NCBI GenBank assembly: GCA_963662665.2
Contig: CAXXJS010000032.1
Location: 1-64,000, forward strand
Length of the DNA stretch: 64,000 bases
Reading direction: 5' to 3'
From: Candidatus Latescibacterota bacterium
GTDB taxonomy: Bacteria; Latescibacterota; UBA2968; GCA-2709665
The notes below the pieces were generated by a model. That model made no database searches. It was not told where the DNA came from and worked only from the letters and a program-made list of their open reading frames with translations. The translations under genes were made by a program, and so were the position numbers. Every line of letters begins with the position of its first letter. The first letter of the stretch is position 1. Positions 59,665 to 64,000 of this stretch are shown here, piece by piece.

Positions 59665-62606
59665 GAGACCGTTCCAGAAAAGCTTTCCACAATGACCGAG
59701 TCCGCGTCTTCCAGCGCTGAGACGCCCATCCAGTGTCGACGGGCGGCAGGTTTAATAACCACTACCTCATTACTGCCATGCACCCGAAGCTCGCGATGAC
59801 CAACCATAAAGTTTGTAATTGGGACCTCCAAGCGGTCACCGATCTCTTCCAGAACATCCCTCAGGTGTCTATCTGGTGTAACGACCTCCGACCGGGAAGG
59901 TTCTAGAACATCGGAGCACTCTTCAAGAACGAAGCGAACAACCCGAAGCGGCGCCTGATGAGGAAAATCGAAAATCTCGGCACGCAAACAGTGTCGATTT
60001 GCGGCGGAGAGCCAAGTACCCACTGCCGCCTGAAACGTTCGCGCATAGTTAGAGACATCACTAACTTCAGCGGCTTTAACTGAAGCGACTCTGCCAGCCC
60101 TCCACTGCCAACTGGCACGGAACAGACCGTCACGCGCGACAATGCGATCTGTTTCGTCCAACCCGTACAGCTCGAATACAGCCTCATCGAGCGTTTGCCA
60201 TTCGGAGGCAGACGGAGGACCCTTTTGAAATTTCCTGGCAAGCTCCGTCAAGCGTACACCTGATTTGGAACAAAGGGCCTCTTCAAGATCAGGAACAGGC
60301 ATGCATTCGATATCCCGGCACTTGATCCTCTGCATCCACAACCCAAAAGAGGAAGCGGTCATCAGAAAGAACCAAGATGCCAACGACGAACTCAGAATTG
60401 CAGCGAGAAGGTCGGCAGTTTTTTTTTCGCCAACTGGAAGAGATGCTCCGAAGAATGAATCCGTGAAGACAATATCTCGATCAGCAACGGCGACGACAGG
60501 CCGAGGCCCTCCCCGCAGAAACTCTTTGACGAGCAGCAATGGTGCTCGATAGATATCGCGATCGCGAGGTGACTCAGCCTGCAACGCATCAAACGGGCCT
60601 AAATCGCGCGGCACCAAAAACGGATCAAGATCCTTTGTTGTAAGAAACGGAAGCCCGTGGAGAAAACTCGGATCGCTGCTTTGATTACCGAACGTCAGCC
60701 CTATACGAAGTGTAGTACCAAGTCTAGCGAGTTGGTCGCCTAGTGATTGATGGCTCAATATCAGCCTATCCAGCAACGAAAGATCGCGGCGGAATCCGAC
60801 AAACGCGGCCTTGAGAAATTCCGGTCTTCGCTGCCAGTCGGCCAACTGTATCGTGATGATATCGCTACGTCCTATCTCGAACGTATGGCTTTTTGCTCCG
60901 AGCGGAGACCAAGGGACCTGAACTGCGGTGATCAGGTCCGAGCGCGATTTCCTGTGTCTCGCGAAGAGTACGACTGCGGGCATGTTACTATTCGGAAACA
61001 GCCAATCAGACTGATTTGACAGATTGACAAGCGTCACAGGAGATAGTTCTTCTATTAGTTGACGCGAGGCGGCCTTGCCGGTACTGCTCCGGCTGAAAAA
61101 TTGGACAGCACTTAAAACCAGACCGAATCGGGTGCTTTCCGAAGCAAAATCCAAGCATCGAAATACAAAGTCCAAACTTTCGCCGCGCGGTGGACGGACA
61201 CTATAAGCGCTAGTCCTCGCACGGCGTGCGGCAGTACTCGCTTTACCTCGATAGCTCCAAGGTGGATTGCCAACAATGACATCGAATGTTCTCCGGTCAT
61301 TCCATCCTTGCTGAAAAACGTGACCGTTACTCATTCTTTCTACACCCCAAACGTCACCGACTATAAGCGTTTTTCCAATTAATGGCTTGAATTTCAGCGT
61401 CTCTGGCGAATTGGGATGTGGGTCCAACTCCAACGCCGCCAGATAAAGACTGAACGCAGCAACACGCACTGCAGCTTCACTGATGTCCATACCGTATATT
61501 TGTTCGTGCAGCGTGTTACGGATTATCTCACGATCTGGCTGACGGCCGTTTGATCGAAGATTTACCAGCCTTCGCAAAGCTTCAACAAGGAATACACCCG
61601 ACCCACAAGTCAGATCAAGCACGGTTTCCTCGCCTGAGAGCCCTTCCATGGTTTCATCTAATACCAGGGAAACTAGCGACAGGCGGGTATAGAAGACATC
61701 CGTTTTCGGTTTGGCGTCAGGGATTGACGGGGTAGAATGGGCGAACTGTTCGTAGATTGAGCTAATCAATTCCACCGGTATGAGGTCGAATTGATACGGA
61801 AAGAGTGTCGTTTGTCCTGACTGTGGATCCACCGCTTCTAGGAAGTCCGCAACTCTATTGAGATGCTTTGGGCTCGGTGAAGTTGATCCCTGCAATGGAA
61901 ACATGTCGCCATTAAATCTATCTTGAAGCCAATCGAACAACCGTTCCGTGGCGTGCGGATCTCGCAGAATGGATGGAAAGGACCGGTGTCCGTAATCGCT
62001 CGAAAGCGAAAACTCCGTGACGATGTCGCGATCGACCAAATACTGAGTGAATATTGACCGGCCGATCAACCCCTGGGCATCTTGACGGCCCAACCTTGCT
62101 GCCACGAGATCACGTTCAAGATCTGAAAGGTCGTTGAGAAGTTGTCGATCCACGCTAGTCTTTCGGTTAACGGAGGGTGCTTGTTGCCAGAATTGTCCCG
62201 TTTCCATAGCTAGACGGCCGGCAAAGCCGTCGAGTTTGTCTAACTCACTAGCAATCAACTTGAATGTACGTAGACGATGCGATTTGGCATCCTCTGTCTC
62301 AAGGGGACGACCGAAGCCGTTGTATAGATCGATCCTACCGGGTGAAACTACCCATAGCAACGGGGCGAAACCCTGGTTCCAGATTTCCTGACGCCACCGT
62401 GCCACCTGCCCAGTAGATGGGACTTCCGCTTCCACCTTGAAGTAGACGGACAGGGCCGACTCACTCAGCCACAAGGCGTCCGGGGAAAACTCTCGAGCCT
62501 GACACTTGGTACGGGCATCTTGGTCCAGATAGACACCATGCGCTGGTTCACCATTCCTCAGATAGCCAGTTGCTTCAAGAACTTCGCCTAAGTATTGGGC
62601 GATCAT
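59661..62606 (-). CDS. Large N6-adenine DNA methyltransferase (type IIG/Eco57I-like, ~980 aa)
   Basis: IPVELISSIYE, FYT, motif I LDLTCGSGVFL, motif IV VGNPPW and a C-terminal TRD-like region. GAGG RBS before the ATG at 62606. Confidence 0.88.
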   Translation of the reverse strand: MIAQYLGEVLEATGYLRNGEPAHGVYLDQDARTKCQAREFSPDALWLSESALSVYFKVEAEVPSTGQVARWRQEIWNQGFAPLLWVVSPGRIDLYNGFGRPLETEDAKSHRLRTFKLIASELDKLDGFAGRLAMETGQFWQQAPSVNRKTSVDRQLLNDLSDLERDLVAARLGRQDAQGLIGRSIFTQYLVDRDIVTEFSLSSDYGHRSFPSILRDPHATERLFDWLQDRFNGDMFPLQGSTSPSPKHLNRVADFLEAVDPQSGQTTLFPYQFDLIPVELISSIYEQFAHSTPSIPDAKPKTDVFYTRLSLVSLVLDETMEGLSGEETVLDLTCGSGVFLVEALRRLVNLRSNGRQPDREIIRNTLHEQIYGMDISEAAVRVAAFSLYLAALELDPHPNSPETLKFKPLIGKTLIVGDVWGVERMSNGHVFQQGWNDRRTFDVIVGNPPWSYRGKASTAARRARTSAYSVRPPRGESLDFVFRCLDFASESTRFGLVLSAVQFFSRSSTGKAASRQLIEELSPVTLVNLSNQSDWLFPNSNMPAVVLFARHRKSRSDLITAVQVPWSPLGAKSHTFEIGRSDIITIQLADWQRRPEFLKAAFVGFRRDLSLLDRLILSHQSLGDQLARLGTTLRIGLTFGNQSSDPSFLHGLPFLTTKDLDPFLVPRDLGPFDALQAESPRDRDIYRAPLLLVKEFLRGGPRPVVAVADRDIVFTDSFFGASLPVGEKKTADLLAAILSSSLASWFFLMTASSFGLWMQRIKCRDIECMPVPDLEEALCSKSGVRLTELARKFQKGPPSASEWQTLDEAVFELYGLDETDRIVARDGLFRASWQWRAGRVASVKAAEVSDVSNYARTFQAAVGTWLSAANRHCLRAEIFDFPHQAPLRVVRFVLEECSDVLEPSRSEVVTPDRHLRDVLEEIGDRLEVPITNFMVGHRELRVHGSNEVVVIKPAARRHWMGVSALEDADSVIVESFSGTVS

Positions 62607-62789
62607 TACGCATTTCCTCACACTAATGCGAGTCCAATTGTGGCGACCATATAGTCTATATATAGTCACATTTGGCTTGATATTCAACAAGATCGGCGTT
62701 TTTGTGCCGTTTTTCGCGAAATTCGACCCTTTGCGCCCCTGTTGATAACGCAAAGAGTGGATCGTATGTCGCTAAATTAAGGGAAGGAC

Positions 62790-63026
62790 GTATCCCAGAT
62801 CGGCGGGAGATGAAACTCGGTGAGGTACTCGGGGGTATTTCCAATGGCCTCAAATCGTGCGCTGAGGGGTTATCTGCTGCCCATCTGGGGTCTTGAGACG
62901 CTCGGCGATGGCCTGAATATCACTATCCGCCAAGCTACCCGACGCGAGCAGTTTCTCCACCGCTTCCTGTATCCAATCCTGTTGCTGGTGAAGCCAGCTA
63001 CGGATGTCCTGCTCTATGTTAGGCGC
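62790..63026 (-). pseudogene. N-terminal fragment of an AAA/ABC-type ATPase of the kind inserted in type I R-M operons
   Basis: Manual translation PNIEQDIRSWLHQQQDWIQEAVEKLLASGSLADSDIQAIAERLKTPDGQQIT, then a stop. The start codon is lost. Family assignment is by recalled similarity only. Confidence 0.4.
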
Positions 63027-63480
63027 CTTCGATACTTTCTTGCTCGACCAGCCTTACCCGGCCGGTGAGAAGCTGCTACATCACGCCGTGCTTGACACTT
63101 CGTATCTTGTCCGTGCGTCTCTCCAGCGAGACGACCTCGGTGTCAAAGTTAGAAAGAACTGACGAGATCACGATTTGTACATCAATTATTTGGAAAGGGA
63201 ACAGCTATGGATAGGATGGTTCGTAGGTTTAGCCCCTGCGGCCACCATCTCCAGTAGACATACCGCGTAACTCTTCGTCACGAGAATCCAAAATTTAGTA
63301 TAGGTAATTTGGATTGAAGGACTCATTTGGGCAGATTGCTGCAATCGAATTATTCGTGCAAAGCCCGGCTGCGTTTGTGGTTACAGCCCTTTTGTCTTTC
63401 CTTGTCCCACCAAGCCTACCAAGACACATTGCGACGGTGTAATCTTGGTACTCGATTCCCTTAGACCAATCGAAAGTAGT
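63019..63480 (-). pseudogene. hsdS: Type I restriction specificity subunit C-terminal remnant
   Basis: LCTNNSIAAICPNESFNPNYLY*ILDSRDEELRGMSTGDGGR / GLNLRTILSIAVPFP / VQIVISSVLSNFDTEVVSLERRTDKIRSVKHGVM*QLLTGRVRL. This is a typical HsdS TRD plus conserved helix, with stops and frameshifts. Confidence 0.75.
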
Positions 63481-63499
63481 CCTCCGCCGCAATTCAACA

Positions 63500-64000
63500 C
63501 TATCCCTGACACAATTCCGCTATCATCGCCGCGTTTTCGCCGAGTTGATCGTTGAATTTCTGATACATCCCCACCAGAAGAATGTCGTTGGCCTTGATAT
63601 TATTGAGGGTAAACGCGAACTCTTCGCGAATCTGCCTACTGGAGTTGATGGTGCGTCCTGCCGCGAGGACCTTGAAAACGATGCAGGGTTTGGCCGTGTT
63701 CCTGATAATCCGGCACATACGGTCGCGATGTTCGCGGAGGTAGATTTCGCCGAGAGGCGGATACCCGAATTTTCGTACGAACTCCTCCCGTGCGCCTTCC
63801 AGATAGTACAGCGCGGTCATGTAATAGTCGATGTCCCAGTCTTCTGCTTCGGCAATATCGATGAGACGGGGATTGTGGACCGACAGGCCGACAAGGGCCC
63901 CGGTGTTACGAATGCGCTTGAGGATATCACGAAGATGCCCGAGCCGATTCTCCTTGAGACACCGCCCTGCGACACCGCTTCCGTGGGGCGCCATTCCGAT
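63500..64000 (-). CDS. Conserved hypothetical (TIM-barrel/aldo-keto-reductase-like) protein, 5'-partial
   Basis: VGLSVHNP, KPCIVFKVLAAGR and LLVGMYQK. Continues beyond the window end. Confidence 0.65.
   Translation of the reverse strand: MGMAPHGSGVAGRCLKENRLGHLRDILKRIRNTGALVGLSVHNPRLIDIAEAEDWDIDYYMTALYYLEGAREEFVRKFGYPPLGEIYLREHRDRMCRIIRNTAKPCIVFKVLAAGRTINSSRQIREEFAFTLNNIKANDILLVGMYQKFNDQLGENAAMIAELCQG

Overview
Bacterial genomic DNA, mostly GC-rich, with visibly lower-GC accessory blocks at both ends (about 1-9.7 kb and 56.7-63.5 kb). The gene content points to a marine-sponge symbiont, possibly Latescibacterota/Poribacteria-like (inference). The clues are a SupA-type PKS, a eukaryote-like sterol methyltransferase, a WD40/cohesin/dockerin protein and a heparinase. 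Left to right: (1) a defence-like pair (dynamin-like GTPase plus Abi_C/HEPN-like protein); (2) a ~1,497-aa secreted metalloprotease-WD40-cohesin-dockerin gene cleanly split by an IS1380 with a 4-bp CTAC target duplication; (3) a TetM-like GTPase and a hydroxyacid-oxoacid transhydrogenase; (4) a putative sterol-tailoring/export cluster: Rieske oxygenase, FAD oxidoreductase, sterol C24-methyltransferase, GPP34-cytochrome P450 fusion, a P450 paralog remnant and an RND-MFP-OMF pump; (5) an SSS transporter, heparinase II/III, hemB, and trpS behind a WWW leader-peptide attenuator; (6) an ADP-ribosylglycohydrolase, a TonB receptor and a triple-DUF4377 lipoprotein; (7) a sup-type PKS cluster (PKS, ACP, hydrolase, permease) interleaved with rhodanese, surE and aldolase genes; (8) an eroded type I R-M locus now carrying an N6-methyltransferase/nuclease-like pair and a DUF1828-like gene. 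No rRNA, tRNA or CRISPR array was recognised. The best candidate for an undescribed system is the GPP34-P450/SMT/Rieske/RND sterol cluster.
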